From Chlorobiota bacterium (GTDB lineage Bacteria > Bacteroidota > Ignavibacteria > OLB7), in assembly GCA_021296135.1 (NCBI GenBank), contig JAGWAZ010000003.1:2596-66595 (forward strand): a stretch of DNA of 64,000 bases. The letters are read 5' to 3'. Under the pieces are notes generated by a model, which worked only from the letters and a program-made list of their open reading frames with translations, was not told the DNA's origin and did no database searches. Each line of letters opens with the position of its first letter. Within the stretch, counting starts at the first letter, position 1. Below, piece by piece: positions 9,625-20,481 of this stretch. The translations under genes and the position numbers were made by a program.

Positions 9625-10473
9625 ATGGATTGGCTTAAAACACAAGATTCCAAAGATAGGGAGTTGCAGGCTGAGCTGCAGCAAGAAGGTAAACTGCCTC
9701 AGCACATTGCCATTATAATGGATGGTAATGGTAGGTGGGCTAAAGAGCGACGTATGCCTCGCATTGAAGGACATCGCTCTGGCGTCAGGTCTGTTAAAGA
9801 TATTGTAGAGGCCTGTGGTCAGCTTGGCATATCGTATTTAACGTTGTACGCCTTCTCTACAGAGAATTGGAAGCGTCCTAAGTCGGAGGTTGTGCTCCTA
9901 ATGGGTTTGTTGCTGCACTATCTTAAGAGTGAACTCAAGGAATTGGATGAGAATAATGTCAGGTTGAATGCAATCGGGCAGCTGAATGCACTACCGAAAA
10001 ACGTTGCTCGACAATTACATGAGAGCATTGATAATCTTTCGGATAATACCGGTCTCACGTTGACACTGGCATTAAGCTACAGCGGACGATGGGATATTTT
10101 GCGAGCTGTTCAAACCTTGGCGCTCGATGTGCGCGGAGGAACATTGTCACCTGAGGATATTACGGAAGAAAAGTTTCGACCATACTTGAACACGAATGAC
10201 ATACCTGATCCCGATCTGATGATCCGCACAAGTGGCGAAATGCGGTTGAGCAATTTCCTTCTGTGGGAAATGGCCTATGCAGAAATCTACGTGGCACCTG
10301 TTTTCTGGCCTCAATTCCGTCGGGATCAACTGTATGAAGCAATCAGAAATTATCTGCGAAGGGAACGACGATTTGGAAAGATTAGTGAGCAGTTGCTTGA
10401 TGCGAAGGAAGCGAATGATAAGGGGTCATATGTACGTAAAGTTCTTGATATTTTCTCGGCTAAGAAGTCGTAA
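9625..10473 (+). CDS. uppS: Isoprenyl transferase / undecaprenyl diphosphate synthase
   Basis: IAIIMDGNGRWA and RTSGEMRLSNFLLWE motifs. The track start at 9610 is TTG. ATG 9625 is preferred. Confidence 0.85.
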   Translation: MDWLKTQDSKDRELQAELQQEGKLPQHIAIIMDGNGRWAKERRMPRIEGHRSGVRSVKDIVEACGQLGISYLTLYAFSTENWKRPKSEVVLLMGLLLHYLKSELKELDENNVRLNAIGQLNALPKNVARQLHESIDNLSDNTGLTLTLALSYSGRWDILRAVQTLALDVRGGTLSPEDITEEKFRPYLNTNDIPDPDLMIRTSGEMRLSNFLLWEMAYAEIYVAPVFWPQFRRDQLYEAIRNYLRRERRFGKISEQLLDAKEANDKGSYVRKVLDIFSAKKS

Positions 10474-12892
10474 TCATATTCACTCGATCATTGTATTGAT
10501 CGGATGTGGTATCCTTAGCCTTGCAGCCTTTTCCCCTATTGTTGCACAGGTACCGGAAGGTGAAGCTGATCTTATTGCCCCTATAACTCCACAGATCAGG
10601 CCCTACACAATAAGGGATATCAGAGTGAAGGGGGCTGTCAATACGTCCTCGTCAGCCGTCATAGCTTTTTCCGGACTTCGTATAGGTGATGACTTTAATG
10701 CCGGTTCAGAGTTGTTTGCTAAGGCCGTGAAGAATCTATATCAACGCAAGGTCTTCAGCAACGTTCGCATTCTTGTCTCCGATATTCAGGACACATCAGT
10801 GATCATCACTATTGAGGTCACGGAATTCCCTCGCGTTTCAACGCTCACTGTTGAAGGAAATGATGCATTGGACGAGGGTGATATTCTCGACGAGATGATT
10901 GTTTCAACCGGTGATATCGCCAATCCCTATGACCTGAATCGATCCGAACGAAAGATCGAAACCAAGTACGCCGAGGAAGGCTATCTCTTCAGCGAAGTTG
11001 AGATAGAACGACATCCATCGGCTGAAGATGGAAGGGTTGACGTTGTTATTACTGTCACGGAAGGACCTGAGGTCAGCATCGGTACAGTTAATATCATTGG
11101 AAACAGTCAGCTCGGCGACGATGAGGTGAAGGGGGCTATGAAAGATGTCAAAGAGAAGTCGTGGTGGCAGTTCTGGCGATCATCCAAGCTCAAGAAAGAG
11201 AAGCTCGCCGAAGATGAGGGAAGGATTGTGGACCTCTACCGGTCAAAAGGCTTTATCGATGCTGAAGTTGTAGGTGACACAATCGCTATCAATCCTGAGT
11301 CTGGCAAATCAGACATAACTATAGAGGTCATCGAAGGCTCGATTATCTACCTGCGCTCTCTTCGTATAACCGGCAATGATGAATACGATACAATATTGAT
11401 TCGTAGACTTATGGGCCTTGAGGAGGGTAAGCCTTACGATCAATATACGCTTGAAGAGAACCTTAACGGCGATGGTGAGGCGTCGGTCAAATCCTGGTAT
11501 CTTGATCGCGGTTTTCTCACGTTCAGTTCCTCCATTTCGGAACAGCGGGTTGGTCCTGATTCAATAGATGTGATAGCTCGTATTTCAGAAGGTGCACCGG
11601 CCTACATCCGTTTTGTCGATATCGCTGGGAACACCAAAACAAAGGACAAGGTGATTCGCCGAGAGTTCTTTACGGTTCCTGGGGATCGCTTTTCACGTGC
11701 CGCTATCATTCGCTCGCTTCGTAATCTCGCTAACCTGAACTATTTCAATCCGGAAGCGTTATTTCCTAACGTGCGTCCGTCCACAGATGCTACGAGTGTC
11801 GACATAGTTTATGAAGTTGAAGAACGCCCGAGCGATACGTTCAATGCCTCAATGGGATTGAGTTCCCAGGGTATTACCGGTTCAATCGGGCTCACGTTTA
11901 CGAACTTCTCGTTGAGCGAACCACTTTCAGGGGGCGCGGGACAGATACTAAACTTGAATGCGGAGTTCGGCAGCTTTGTACAGACCTATTCACTTGGCTT
12001 GACTGAACCCTGGTTGTTTGGTATACCAATTTCGTTGGGCGGAAATATCTTCTATCAGAAGTCGGATCTGTCGCTCGTCGACGATAGCGAACAACAACTC
12101 GAGCGGATTGGCGTATCTCTCACAAGCGCAATCTTGAGATGGCCGGGAGATTATTTCCGGCTCGATGGAGCTCTTCGATTCTCAAAGAACAATCTGCTTG
12201 GTGGCGCTTCAAGTGAAGGTACTGCCTTTAGAAAAGGGACTGAGTTGAGTCTATCAACCACATTATCACGCTCGAGTATTGACAATGCAATATTCCCAAG
12301 TCTCGGTTCACGTTTTAGATTGCCGGTTGTCTTTGCGTTTGGTGGAAATGCAGAGTATATCCGTCCGGAGTTGTCCTTCGAGTTCTTCTCACCGATAGCA
12401 TCGACATCGGAATCCAACAAACTTGTTCTCTATGTGAACTCGGAAACCGGTTATTTGAAGGAGATCAGTCCGCGGTCCACAGTCTCTCCAAATGTCTTTT
12501 ATACAATGGGCGGGACTGTACTTTCGGGTTTCAATACAGTTCAGTTGAGAGGCTATGACGACAGATCGATAGGACCGGTTGAGGATGGATTTCCTTCAGG
12601 TACTTTATATTTCAAAGCCTCTACGGAATTGCGGTTCCCTCTTGCCCTTAACCCGATACCCATTTTCCTTCTTACCTTTGCAGAGGCCGGAAATGTCTGG
12701 GGTGATATCAGTGACTATAATCCTTTTGATCTAAAACGATCTGCTGGGTTCGGTATGCGAATAATTATGCCACCAATCGGTCTGCTTGGATTTGATTACG
12801 GGTTCGGATTTGATACAGACACAAGAGCGTCCTCCGCCACCACAAAAGGCGTCTCCTCCGGATGGCATTTTCACTTTCAATTCGGTAGATAA
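10430..12892 (+). CDS. bamA: Outer membrane protein assembly factor BamA
   Basis: Signal peptide after ATG 10430, POTRA-like repeats and a C-terminal beta-barrel ending ...HFQFGR. The track ORF from 10277 overlaps uppS and is an over-extension. Confidence 0.8.
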   Translation: MYVKFLIFSRLRSRNHIHSIIVLIGCGILSLAAFSPIVAQVPEGEADLIAPITPQIRPYTIRDIRVKGAVNTSSSAVIAFSGLRIGDDFNAGSELFAKAVKNLYQRKVFSNVRILVSDIQDTSVIITIEVTEFPRVSTLTVEGNDALDEGDILDEMIVSTGDIANPYDLNRSERKIETKYAEEGYLFSEVEIERHPSAEDGRVDVVITVTEGPEVSIGTVNIIGNSQLGDDEVKGAMKDVKEKSWWQFWRSSKLKKEKLAEDEGRIVDLYRSKGFIDAEVVGDTIAINPESGKSDITIEVIEGSIIYLRSLRITGNDEYDTILIRRLMGLEEGKPYDQYTLEENLNGDGEASVKSWYLDRGFLTFSSSISEQRVGPDSIDVIARISEGAPAYIRFVDIAGNTKTKDKVIRREFFTVPGDRFSRAAIIRSLRNLANLNYFNPEALFPNVRPSTDATSVDIVYEVEERPSDTFNASMGLSSQGITGSIGLTFTNFSLSEPLSGGAGQILNLNAEFGSFVQTYSLGLTEPWLFGIPISLGGNIFYQKSDLSLVDDSEQQLERIGVSLTSAILRWPGDYFRLDGALRFSKNNLLGGASSEGTAFRKGTELSLSTTLSRSSIDNAIFPSLGSRFRLPVVFAFGGNAEYIRPELSFEFFSPIASTSESNKLVLYVNSETGYLKEISPRSTVSPNVFYTMGGTVLSGFNTVQLRGYDDRSIGPVEDGFPSGTLYFKASTELRFPLALNPIPIFLLTFAEAGNVWGDISDYNPFDLKRSAGFGMRIIMPPIGLLGFDYGFGFDTDTRASSATTKGVSSGWHFHFQFGR

Positions 12893-12958
12893 CAGAATCA
12901 TTGTGTAGGATACTCTAACAAAATTTTCTTTTAACATTATTAATTCAATGAGATTATC

Positions 12959-13477
12959 ATGAAAATCTTTTATCGTGCATTATTTATTTTTCCAGTAGTA
13001 TTCCTTTGCCAGTATTCAGCCAATGCTCAAGTAAACATTGGAACGGTACGCTTTGCAGAGATAGTGACGGAGATGCCGGAATACAAGACCGTTGAATCAC
13101 AAGTAGAGTCAGCGCAGAAAGTATATCAGGATACCATTCAGAGGTACCAGGCAAACCTGGAACAGGAGATGACAACGTTCCGTCAACAACAGGGTGTCTA
13201 TCCGCCAGAGAAAAAAGTTGAAGAGGAACAACGCATTAATCAGCTTTATCAAAGGGCATTAGAGTATCAGAATGCCCATCTGGGACCTGGAGGAACGATT
13301 GCTCAATACACTCAAACCCTCCTGCAACCGTTGGAGAAACAGGTTATTAATGCTATCCGGACAGTTGCGCAGCAGAAGAGGCTTGCAATCGTCTTCAATG
13401 AACAAGGAGCACTTTATGTTGATCAATCAGTCGATATTACTCTTGACGTTCAGCTATATCTCAAAAATGCCAGGTAA
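12959..13477 (+). CDS. skp: OmpH/Skp family periplasmic chaperone
   Basis: Signal peptide. Coiled-coil Q/E-rich 172-aa protein directly downstream of bamA. Confidence 0.7.
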   Translation: MKIFYRALFIFPVVFLCQYSANAQVNIGTVRFAEIVTEMPEYKTVESQVESAQKVYQDTIQRYQANLEQEMTTFRQQQGVYPPEKKVEEEQRINQLYQRALEYQNAHLGPGGTIAQYTQTLLQPLEKQVINAIRTVAQQKRLAIVFNEQGALYVDQSVDITLDVQLYLKNAR

Positions 13478-14249
13478 CATCAAACATACTATCATCCGTA
13501 CCATATGGTTTGCGATGGCGATGCTCTTTGTGCCTACATCATCGTCGCTATCAGCACAAACCATTGGGTATATATCAAGTGATGCTATTTTCCAACACTT
13601 GCCGCAAGCAGTCGAGGCTCGCGCTAATCTGGGGTCAATGCAGGCAAAATGGCTTCAGGAGATCAAGCGATTGGAAGATAAGATCAGGTTGCTGCGCAGG
13701 GACCTTGATGAAAATCGGCTCTTGCTAAGCGCTCAGGAACGAGCCAATAAAGAGGGGGCTCTTCGGGATGCTGAGGCTGTGCTCGCCTCCTATCGGGCCG
13801 AGAAATTTGGACCTAATGGGGAGTTCGAACGTAGTTATCGAGAACTGATGGCTCCTATCATTGATTTGGTAATCGTAGCGGTCAACGCAGAAGCAGAGGT
13901 GAAGAAGTACGATTACGTCTTCGATAAAAGTAGCCGCGGATTACCAATGTTGTTTGCAAATCCAGAACATGATCTGACCCTTGACGTATTAAAAAGGCTT
14001 GGAGTCGAAGTTGATGCATCTGAATTGGAAACAAGGACTGATAAACCGAAGAACCTTTTACCGGAGTCGTTCCCGGTTCAGCTCAGTGTAGATAACAACT
14101 CAACTATCAGCCTTGATCCCAATGTTTCGCTCCCAACATCAGTTAACAATGGTGGAGAGATACAAATTCAAGGAACAATAGAACCAAATCCCAATGAACT
14201 GTTGGACCCCGAAGAAAACAAAAAGTCTGAAGAGAGTGATCCTCGGTAA
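13467..14249 (+). CDS. Second OmpH/Skp family chaperone with an extended disordered C-terminus
   Basis: Signal peptide (ATG 13467) and a coiled-coil core resembling the preceding Skp, then a roughly 100-aa low-complexity tail. Tandem skp genes are typical between bamA and lpxD. Confidence 0.6.
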   Translation: MPGNIKHTIIRTIWFAMAMLFVPTSSSLSAQTIGYISSDAIFQHLPQAVEARANLGSMQAKWLQEIKRLEDKIRLLRRDLDENRLLLSAQERANKEGALRDAEAVLASYRAEKFGPNGEFERSYRELMAPIIDLVIVAVNAEAEVKKYDYVFDKSSRGLPMLFANPEHDLTLDVLKRLGVEVDASELETRTDKPKNLLPESFPVQLSVDNNSTISLDPNVSLPTSVNNGGEIQIQGTIEPNPNELLDPEENKKSEESDPR

Positions 14250-14261
14250 TTGGAAGAAGAG

Positions 14262-15335
14262 ATGAATCAACATTCGATGCTCTCTGTAGGGCAGATCGCA
14301 GACAGGTTACAGGGTGAGGTCATTGGAAATCGGGACTTACTAATCGGTGATATCCGTGGGATTGAAGAAGCCGGCCAGGGAGATCTTACATTCCTTTCAA
14401 ATCCCAAGTATGCTCGCTATGTAGCTTCAACCGGATCCTCTGCCGTAATTGTTGGCAGGGATTATGAAATGAAGAGGGAGGATCTTACCTACATTGTTGT
14501 CGATGATTCCTACTCGGCCTTTATTGCGGCCCTCCGATTACTTCGGCCGCTGCAAACAGAGCATTCTGCCGGTATTGCCTCGACTGCCTCTATGAGCCAG
14601 AATGTAGAGTTGGGTGAAAATATTACCATTGGACCAAACGTTGTTGTCGAGTCCGGATGTGTCATCGGTGATAGGACTGTTATTCTTGCCAACTCAGTTC
14701 TCGGTAGAGATGTACATATTGGTCACGATTCCGTGATTTATCCTAACGTTACCATCTATGCAAAGTCAGTGATTGGTTCGCATGTCTCGATTCACTCAGG
14801 AACTGTTATTGGGGCTGATGGTTTTGGATTTACCAAAAGCCAGGATGGTGAGTGGGAGAAAATTCCGCAAACCGGCTCTGTGGTGGTGGAGGATGATGTC
14901 GAGATTGGAGCAAGCGTGACAATAGACAGAGGAACCTTGGGGGAGACGCTTATTGGACAAGGCTCCAAGCTGGATAACCTGATTCATGTTGCGCATAACG
15001 TTAGAGTTGGGAGTAATACTGTGATTGCAGCACAGACAGGTATATCAGGGAGTACAACGATAGGACCGGGAAATATGATAGCTGGCCAGGTTGGCATTGT
15101 GGGACATATCGAGACAACGGAAAATGTTATTATTGAAGCTCAGTCCGGGGTCAGTAAATCGCTCCTGAAGCCTGGAAGATATTTCGGTCATCCTGCGAAG
15201 GAACACTCGCTTGCTTTACGGCAGGAGGGTGCCTTGCGCCAGCTACCGAACCTGCTTCCGGAACTCCGCGAGTTAAGACGCAGACTTCGAGCTATTGAAG
15301 AGGAAATGGGGTTCTTGAAGGAGGAATCTGAGTAA
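14262..15335 (+). CDS. lpxD: UDP-3-O-(3-hydroxyacyl)glucosamine N-acyltransferase
   Basis: Left-handed beta-helix hexapeptide repeats. Position after skp. The track start at 14250 is TTG. ATG 14262 is preferred. Confidence 0.85.
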   Translation: MNQHSMLSVGQIADRLQGEVIGNRDLLIGDIRGIEEAGQGDLTFLSNPKYARYVASTGSSAVIVGRDYEMKREDLTYIVVDDSYSAFIAALRLLRPLQTEHSAGIASTASMSQNVELGENITIGPNVVVESGCVIGDRTVILANSVLGRDVHIGHDSVIYPNVTIYAKSVIGSHVSIHSGTVIGADGFGFTKSQDGEWEKIPQTGSVVVEDDVEIGASVTIDRGTLGETLIGQGSKLDNLIHVAHNVRVGSNTVIAAQTGISGSTTIGPGNMIAGQVGIVGHIETTENVIIEAQSGVSKSLLKPGRYFGHPAKEHSLALRQEGALRQLPNLLPELRELRRRLRAIEEEMGFLKEESE

Positions 15336-15369
15336 GCAGTAGCCATTCTATCCGGCAGTATACTTTGTT

Positions 15370-16779
15370 ATGAAAACTCATCAACGAACTATTGCGTCAC
15401 CCGCCACTCTTTTTGGTATTGGGTTACATTCCGGTACTGAAACAAGACTTACGTTTCAGCCTGCCCCGGAAAATTCCGGGGTTCTTTTTGTCCGTACAGA
15501 TCTGGAAGATCAACCAGAGATTCCTGCCAATGTCTCCTATGTCTCGGATACACAACGGGGAACAACGTTGGCAAACGAAAATGGCGTTCAAATTCGGACG
15601 GTTGAACATGTCCTTTCCGCACTTGCAGGTCTGCGGATCGACAATTGTCGCATAGAGCTTGTCGGGGAGGAACCTCCGGTTATTGACGGAAGCTCCGAAC
15701 CGTTTGTCAAAGCATTGAAAAAAGTCGGGTTTTCGGTTCAAGAGTCGCTCTGTTCCATTCTGGTTGTCGATAAACCAATTCACTATACGAGTAAAGAGCA
15801 TAATGCTGAGTTCACGTTATTGCCAAGTGATGGATTTTCTGCAACGGTTATTCTCGATTACGAGAACAACAAGATCCCAATGCAGCAAACAACCTTCTCA
15901 GATATCTACGAAGCGTATGAACGTCATATCTCTTCGGCTCGCACTTTTTGTTTTCTTTCTGAAGTTGAGAGGTTGCGCGAACAAGGTTTGATCAGGGGGG
16001 GCACAATTGAAAACGCTATTGTACTTGCCGATAGTGGTTGGGGGATTCAGGAGATAAAGAAGTCCATTCAGGCTGCCTGCATAGAGACTGATGCAGACGG
16101 TACGGAATCGAACATCATTGTTGGAGAACCTCTGCGATTTCCGAACGAGCCAGCTCGGCATAAACTTCTCGATCTGATTGGCGATCTCAGTCTCGTCGGA
16201 GTTTCTATCAAAGGACATCTTGTTGCTTTGCGTCCAGGCCATACCGCAAACGTTGAGTTTACTCAGCACCTGGCGAGTCTTGTTGTTAAACGAAATCTGA
16301 TCAAAAAGATTACGCCCGACCCGAGCGAAACGATGATTGACGTTGGCGGAGTAATGAAAATACTGCCACACCGTTATCCATTCCTGCTTGTTGACAGAGT
16401 AGTGTCGCTTGACAAGAGTGAAGGAAGAATAGTCGGTATCAAGAATGTTACCATCAATGAACCTTTTTTTGAGGGGCATTTCCCCAGATACCCTATAATG
16501 CCAGGTGTTTTAATCGTTGAAGCGATGGCTCAGACAGGTGGGATGCTTCTGATGAATGAAATAGGAGAAGATGAAGCAAAACTTGCTCTCTTTATGGGAA
16601 TCCGTGAAGCAAAGTTCAGAAGGCCGGTTGTTCCCGGCGATACCCTGCAAATGAATGTCCTTCTGAAAGGAAAACGGTTCAACACATACACCCTTGAAGG
16701 TAAAGCCATGGTTGCTGGCAAAGTAGCCGCTCAGGCTGAGTTCAGCCTGGCAGTTATGAACCAAACAAACTATTCATGA
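15370..16779 (+). CDS. lpxC-fabZ: Bifunctional UDP-3-O-acyl-GlcNAc deacetylase / 3-hydroxyacyl-ACP dehydratase (LpxC-FabZ fusion)
   Basis: The N-terminal half has the LpxC fold motifs ([17 protein letters not shown]...). The C-terminal half has the FabZ hotdog ([14 protein letters not shown]). The fusion is known from Bacteroidota/Chlorobiota. Confidence 0.85.
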   Translation: MKTHQRTIASPATLFGIGLHSGTETRLTFQPAPENSGVLFVRTDLEDQPEIPANVSYVSDTQRGTTLANENGVQIRTVEHVLSALAGLRIDNCRIELVGEEPPVIDGSSEPFVKALKKVGFSVQESLCSILVVDKPIHYTSKEHNAEFTLLPSDGFSATVILDYENNKIPMQQTTFSDIYEAYERHISSARTFCFLSEVERLREQGLIRGGTIENAIVLADSGWGIQEIKKSIQAACIETDADGTESNIIVGEPLRFPNEPARHKLLDLIGDLSLVGVSIKGHLVALRPGHTANVEFTQHLASLVVKRNLIKKITPDPSETMIDVGGVMKILPHRYPFLLVDRVVSLDKSEGRIVGIKNVTINEPFFEGHFPRYPIMPGVLIVEAMAQTGGMLLMNEIGEDEAKLALFMGIREAKFRRPVVPGDTLQMNVLLKGKRFNTYTLEGKAMVAGKVAAQAEFSLAVMNQTNYS

Positions 16780-17567
16780 GTACCTGTATAGAAGTAAGCA
16801 ACCTGGCAGTTGTGAGTCCTAATGCTAACCTTGGAGAAGGTGTCAAGATTGATCCATTTGTTGTTATTGAAGATGATGTAGAGATTGGCGATGGAACCCA
16901 TGTTAAGTCGCATGCTCACATATATTCTGGTAGCAAAATTGGATGTGAGTGCCAGGTCTTTAACGGAGCTTCAATCGGTGCAGTTCCGCAAGACTTGAAG
17001 TTTGGTGGCGAACCTACTGAAGCAAGAGTCGGGGACAGGACGATAGTTCGTGAGTATGCCACGATACATCGCGGGACGTTAGTAACTGGACGGACTTCAG
17101 TTGGAAGCGATTGTCTGCTTATGGCATACACTCATATTGCACATGATTGTGCAGTGAAGGATCATGTAATTCTTGCCAACGGAGTTCAACTTGGAGGGCA
17201 TGTCGGAATTGATGACTGGGCAATTATCGGAGGCTTAACCGGAGTTCATCAGTTTGAGAAGATTGGAAAACATGCGATGGTTGGTGCAGGTTTTCGAGTG
17301 ATGAAAGATGTACCGCCATACGCACTTGCTGGAAACGAACCACTCGGTTTTAGCGGAGTGAACGTCATTGGTTTAAAACGCCGAGGATTTACTTCCGAGA
17401 CTATCGAGAGAATTCGCGATGCGTACAGGATTATCTATCAAGCCGGAATGAATATCGGTGATGGTGTCCGTGCCGTCGATGAACTCTTTGCTGGTGATCA
17501 GGAGATAGAAGAGATCACCTCGTTTATTCGCAGGAGCGAACGGGGAGTCATTCCGTTATCACGGTAA
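16776..17567 (+). CDS. lpxA: Acyl-ACP--UDP-GlcNAc O-acyltransferase
   Basis: Hexapeptide-repeat protein of 263 aa, coupled to lpxC-fabZ. Confidence 0.85.
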   Translation: MSTCIEVSNLAVVSPNANLGEGVKIDPFVVIEDDVEIGDGTHVKSHAHIYSGSKIGCECQVFNGASIGAVPQDLKFGGEPTEARVGDRTIVREYATIHRGTLVTGRTSVGSDCLLMAYTHIAHDCAVKDHVILANGVQLGGHVGIDDWAIIGGLTGVHQFEKIGKHAMVGAGFRVMKDVPPYALAGNEPLGFSGVNVIGLKRRGFTSETIERIRDAYRIIYQAGMNIGDGVRAVDELFAGDQEIEEITSFIRRSERGVIPLSR

Positions 17568-17583
17568 ATCTATATCGAACTTC

Positions 17584-17689
17584 TATCGGCGTTCGAGGTT
17601 TGAAGTTAGAAGTCTGAAGCCAGAAAGAGGAAGCCCGTTTTCCACTTCCAACTTTGTCCTTCGAACTTCTATCGGCGTTCATTGTTTCT
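17584..17689. repeat. Two copies of a 20-bp direct repeat TCGAACTTCTATCGGCGTTC (17584-17603 and 17670-17689) in the lpxA-lpxB intergenic region
   Basis: Exact match read from the sequence. The spacer is purine-rich with GAAG repeats. Confidence 0.8.
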
Positions 17690-17730
17690 CTATCAATCTG
17701 TGTCTACCTAAACGTTATCCGCATTTATCT

Positions 17731-18861
17731 GTGTCTCTATCGTCGCGTTCCTTCCTGGTTGTTGCAGGTGAATCATCGGGTGATGCCCATGCAGCAGAAC
17801 TGATTCGACACCTCCGTGGATCGTTATCCGATTATTCGCTCTTTGGCCTTGGTGGCGACAAATTGATTGCTCAGGGACTTCAACCTCTTTTCCATGTCTC
17901 CGACATGCAAGTGACCGGCTTTGTTGAGGTTGCAAAGCGTTATTCATTCTTCCGGAATGTACTACGTCGGACTGTAGCTGAGGTGAGAACACAAAATCCT
18001 GCTTTTGCCATTCTTGTCGATTATCCCGGCTTCAATTTGCGCTTGGCACGTTTTCTTCATGAAGTTGATATACCGGTCTATTACTACATTGCCCCGCAAA
18101 TGTGGGCATGGCGGGAAGGGCGTGTTCGATTTTTGCGGCGGTTCGTGAAGAAACTGATAGTTCTCTTTCCCTTTGAACAGATATTCTTTTCTAAACGGGG
18201 AGTCTCAACCGAGTATTATGGTCATCCTTTGGGTAATCGTCTTGAAGCTGGCCGTGAAAAGCGTCTTGAGGCTGCAAAAAAGATTATTGGGAATGACAGA
18301 AGGAGAATCATTGCTTATTTACCGGGAAGCCGGCAGAATGAGGTAAAGCCGCATCTCGAAGAGCTCAAAGGGTTAGCTCGACAACTTGGGGATGGGTATC
18401 GCCACATCATTGCTCGAGCTGGCAGCCTGAGTTTAGAATTTATTGAAAGAGGCTTCTCCGATGAAGGACTCTTTGAAGTTGTCGATTCATCCGAAGGACT
18501 CTTGGAAGCCGCAGATGTTGGCATCATAAAGTCGGGAACTTCAACGCTCCAGACCGCGATGATAGGCACGCCATTTGTTGTTATCTACAAAGCCTCGCCT
18601 ATTACCTATTTGTTGGGACGTTCCCTGGCAAAAGTCAAACACATTTCGATTGTGAACATTCTTGCTGATAAGCTTGTTGTACCGGAACTGATACAGGGAG
18701 ACCTAACCGCCGAGAATTTGTGGATGTCTATCAACGATATACTTTTCAATGAAGATCGAAAAGAAGAAATGATCGGCCACTTCAGAGAAATAATGGAAAG
18801 TCTTCGAGGAGATGATCCTTATCGTGATGCCGCAAACAGCATAATTGAATCATTAGCCTGA
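17731..18861 (+). CDS. lpxB: Lipid-A-disaccharide synthase (GTG start)
   Basis: LVVAGESSGD N-terminal motif. 376 aa. Confidence 0.8.
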   Translation: MSLSSRSFLVVAGESSGDAHAAELIRHLRGSLSDYSLFGLGGDKLIAQGLQPLFHVSDMQVTGFVEVAKRYSFFRNVLRRTVAEVRTQNPAFAILVDYPGFNLRLARFLHEVDIPVYYYIAPQMWAWREGRVRFLRRFVKKLIVLFPFEQIFFSKRGVSTEYYGHPLGNRLEAGREKRLEAAKKIIGNDRRRIIAYLPGSRQNEVKPHLEELKGLARQLGDGYRHIIARAGSLSLEFIERGFSDEGLFEVVDSSEGLLEAADVGIIKSGTSTLQTAMIGTPFVVIYKASPITYLLGRSLAKVKHISIVNILADKLVVPELIQGDLTAENLWMSINDILFNEDRKEEMIGHFREIMESLRGDDPYRDAANSIIESLA

Positions 18862-18874
18862 CAACATACCAACC

Positions 18875-19474
18875 ATGAAAAAGGGCTGGAAATACTATGT
18901 GAGCAAAACAGTCCTTTCAGTAGCTCTTAAACTTCTCTCTACGACATGGAGATTCAGAGAAGGAAACGCCGATGAAGTCGAAAGTGTTCTTGCTGGTAGA
19001 GAACCGGCAGTTATAGCGTTTCTTCACGGGAAGATGGTTCCAGTCTGGTATCGATTCAGAGGAGGAGCCTTTGCTGCTATTGTAAGTGCCAGCCATGATG
19101 GTGAACTGTTGACGCATTATCTGAAAAGAAGGCTCGGATACCATATGGTTGTGCGAGGCTCAAGTTCCGAAGGGGGAAGTAAAGCGCTCTTTGAGATTAT
19201 CCGCCTATTGGAGTATCAGTCATGTCTTATCACACCTGATGGTCCACGTGGTCCGTTAGGTGAGCCAAAAGCCGGGGCAATGATAGCGGCTCAACGTGCA
19301 GGGAGGAGGGTTATAGTTATCAACTGGAAGGCTAAGAAAACTTGGGATTTTGATACATGGGACCACATGTCAATTCCGTATCCTTTTAGCCACATTAATA
19401 TCCGTTATTGCACCTTAAATTCAACTACACGCACCCTTCAACTATTTAGAGAACTTTTAAACAAAGCTCCATGA
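18875..19474 (+). CDS. DUF374-like lysophospholipid/lipid A acyltransferase-associated protein
   Basis: 199 aa. ITPDGPRGP motif typical of the DUF374 domain that is often fused to Kdo transferase. Sits between lpxB and lpxK. Confidence 0.5.
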   Translation: MKKGWKYYVSKTVLSVALKLLSTTWRFREGNADEVESVLAGREPAVIAFLHGKMVPVWYRFRGGAFAAIVSASHDGELLTHYLKRRLGYHMVVRGSSSEGGSKALFEIIRLLEYQSCLITPDGPRGPLGEPKAGAMIAAQRAGRRVIVINWKAKKTWDFDTWDHMSIPYPFSHINIRYCTLNSTTRTLQLFRELLNKAP

Positions 19475-20481
19475 CTCCACAAGAATTGCTTCTATATCCT
19501 CTAAGTCTTCTCTACAGAAGTGCCACAACTCTCCACCGTTACGGAGCCAGATCACGTTCATTTCAGGTTCCCATCATTTCTGTTGGGGGAATTTCTGCGG
19601 GAGGAAGTGGGAAAACACCAATCGTTCGAGAACTTATCAATCTCCTGCAGCAAAACTACTTCATCATTATTCTTACGCGCGGATATGGTCGACTCTCAAA
19701 GGAAGAAATCGTCTGGACGGCAGGGGAACCTATACCAAACGCCTCTTTGTTTGGAGATGAACCTATGCTTTTGGGCAAGTCCCTTCGCAATGGAATGATT
19801 GGAGTAGGAAAAAATCGTTCGGAATTGCTTGAGCGTATACTGAACGAGCGACCCAAACTCCAAAAGCCCCTTGTTATTCTTGATGATGGTTTTCAACATT
19901 ATAGCATTGCCCGAGACTTCAACCTTATTCTCTTCGATGATTTTTCTGCGACAGAGCGATTTCTGCTACCTGCGGGGTATCTCCGGGAACCACACTCAGC
20001 CTTGGAGAGAGCAGACTGTATTCTTGTAACATCATTAACGGCTGAAGCGATTGCAAGAAAAAATGGTAGGAGAAAACCTGACATTCTCCAGGTCCAGTAC
20101 ATAACAGACAGGCTATACAACTGGAAATCAGGGATCCAACTGACCTCACAAGGCCCACGAGTGGTTCTTGTCACGGGGATCGCTCGACCTGAACGGGTAG
20201 TTGTCGCGCTTGAAAAACACTCTATTTCTATTGCTAAGCATTTGAAGTACAAAGACCACCACCTATACTCCAGGGGAGATATAAGGAAGATACTTGGCGA
20301 CATGAAACGGTATAACGCTGAGATAATCATCTCAACGGAAAAGGATGCGGTCAAACTGGAACAATTTCCCGAACTTGAAAATGTTCTCTACGTTCTACCG
20401 TTGAACGTGACATTCGCGGAGCCTTATTTCTTGCTTAATTCTATCACAAAACGGATCAATCGAAAATATAGCCAAGAATGA
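19471..20481 (+). CDS. lpxK: Tetraacyldisaccharide 4'-kinase
   Basis: P-loop GGISAGGSGKTP. Overlapping starts and stops with neighbours. Confidence 0.8.
   Translation: MTPQELLLYPLSLLYRSATTLHRYGARSRSFQVPIISVGGISAGGSGKTPIVRELINLLQQNYFIIILTRGYGRLSKEEIVWTAGEPIPNASLFGDEPMLLGKSLRNGMIGVGKNRSELLERILNERPKLQKPLVILDDGFQHYSIARDFNLILFDDFSATERFLLPAGYLREPHSALERADCILVTSLTAEAIARKNGRRKPDILQVQYITDRLYNWKSGIQLTSQGPRVVLVTGIARPERVVVALEKHSISIAKHLKYKDHHLYSRGDIRKILGDMKRYNAEIIISTEKDAVKLEQFPELENVLYVLPLNVTFAEPYFLLNSITKRINRKYSQE

Noticed and set aside
10277-10429. N-terminal 51 codons of the track's 871-aa bamA ORF
   Set aside because: It overlaps the 3' end of uppS in another frame. The signal peptide begins at ATG 10430, so the upstream part is read-through of an open frame.
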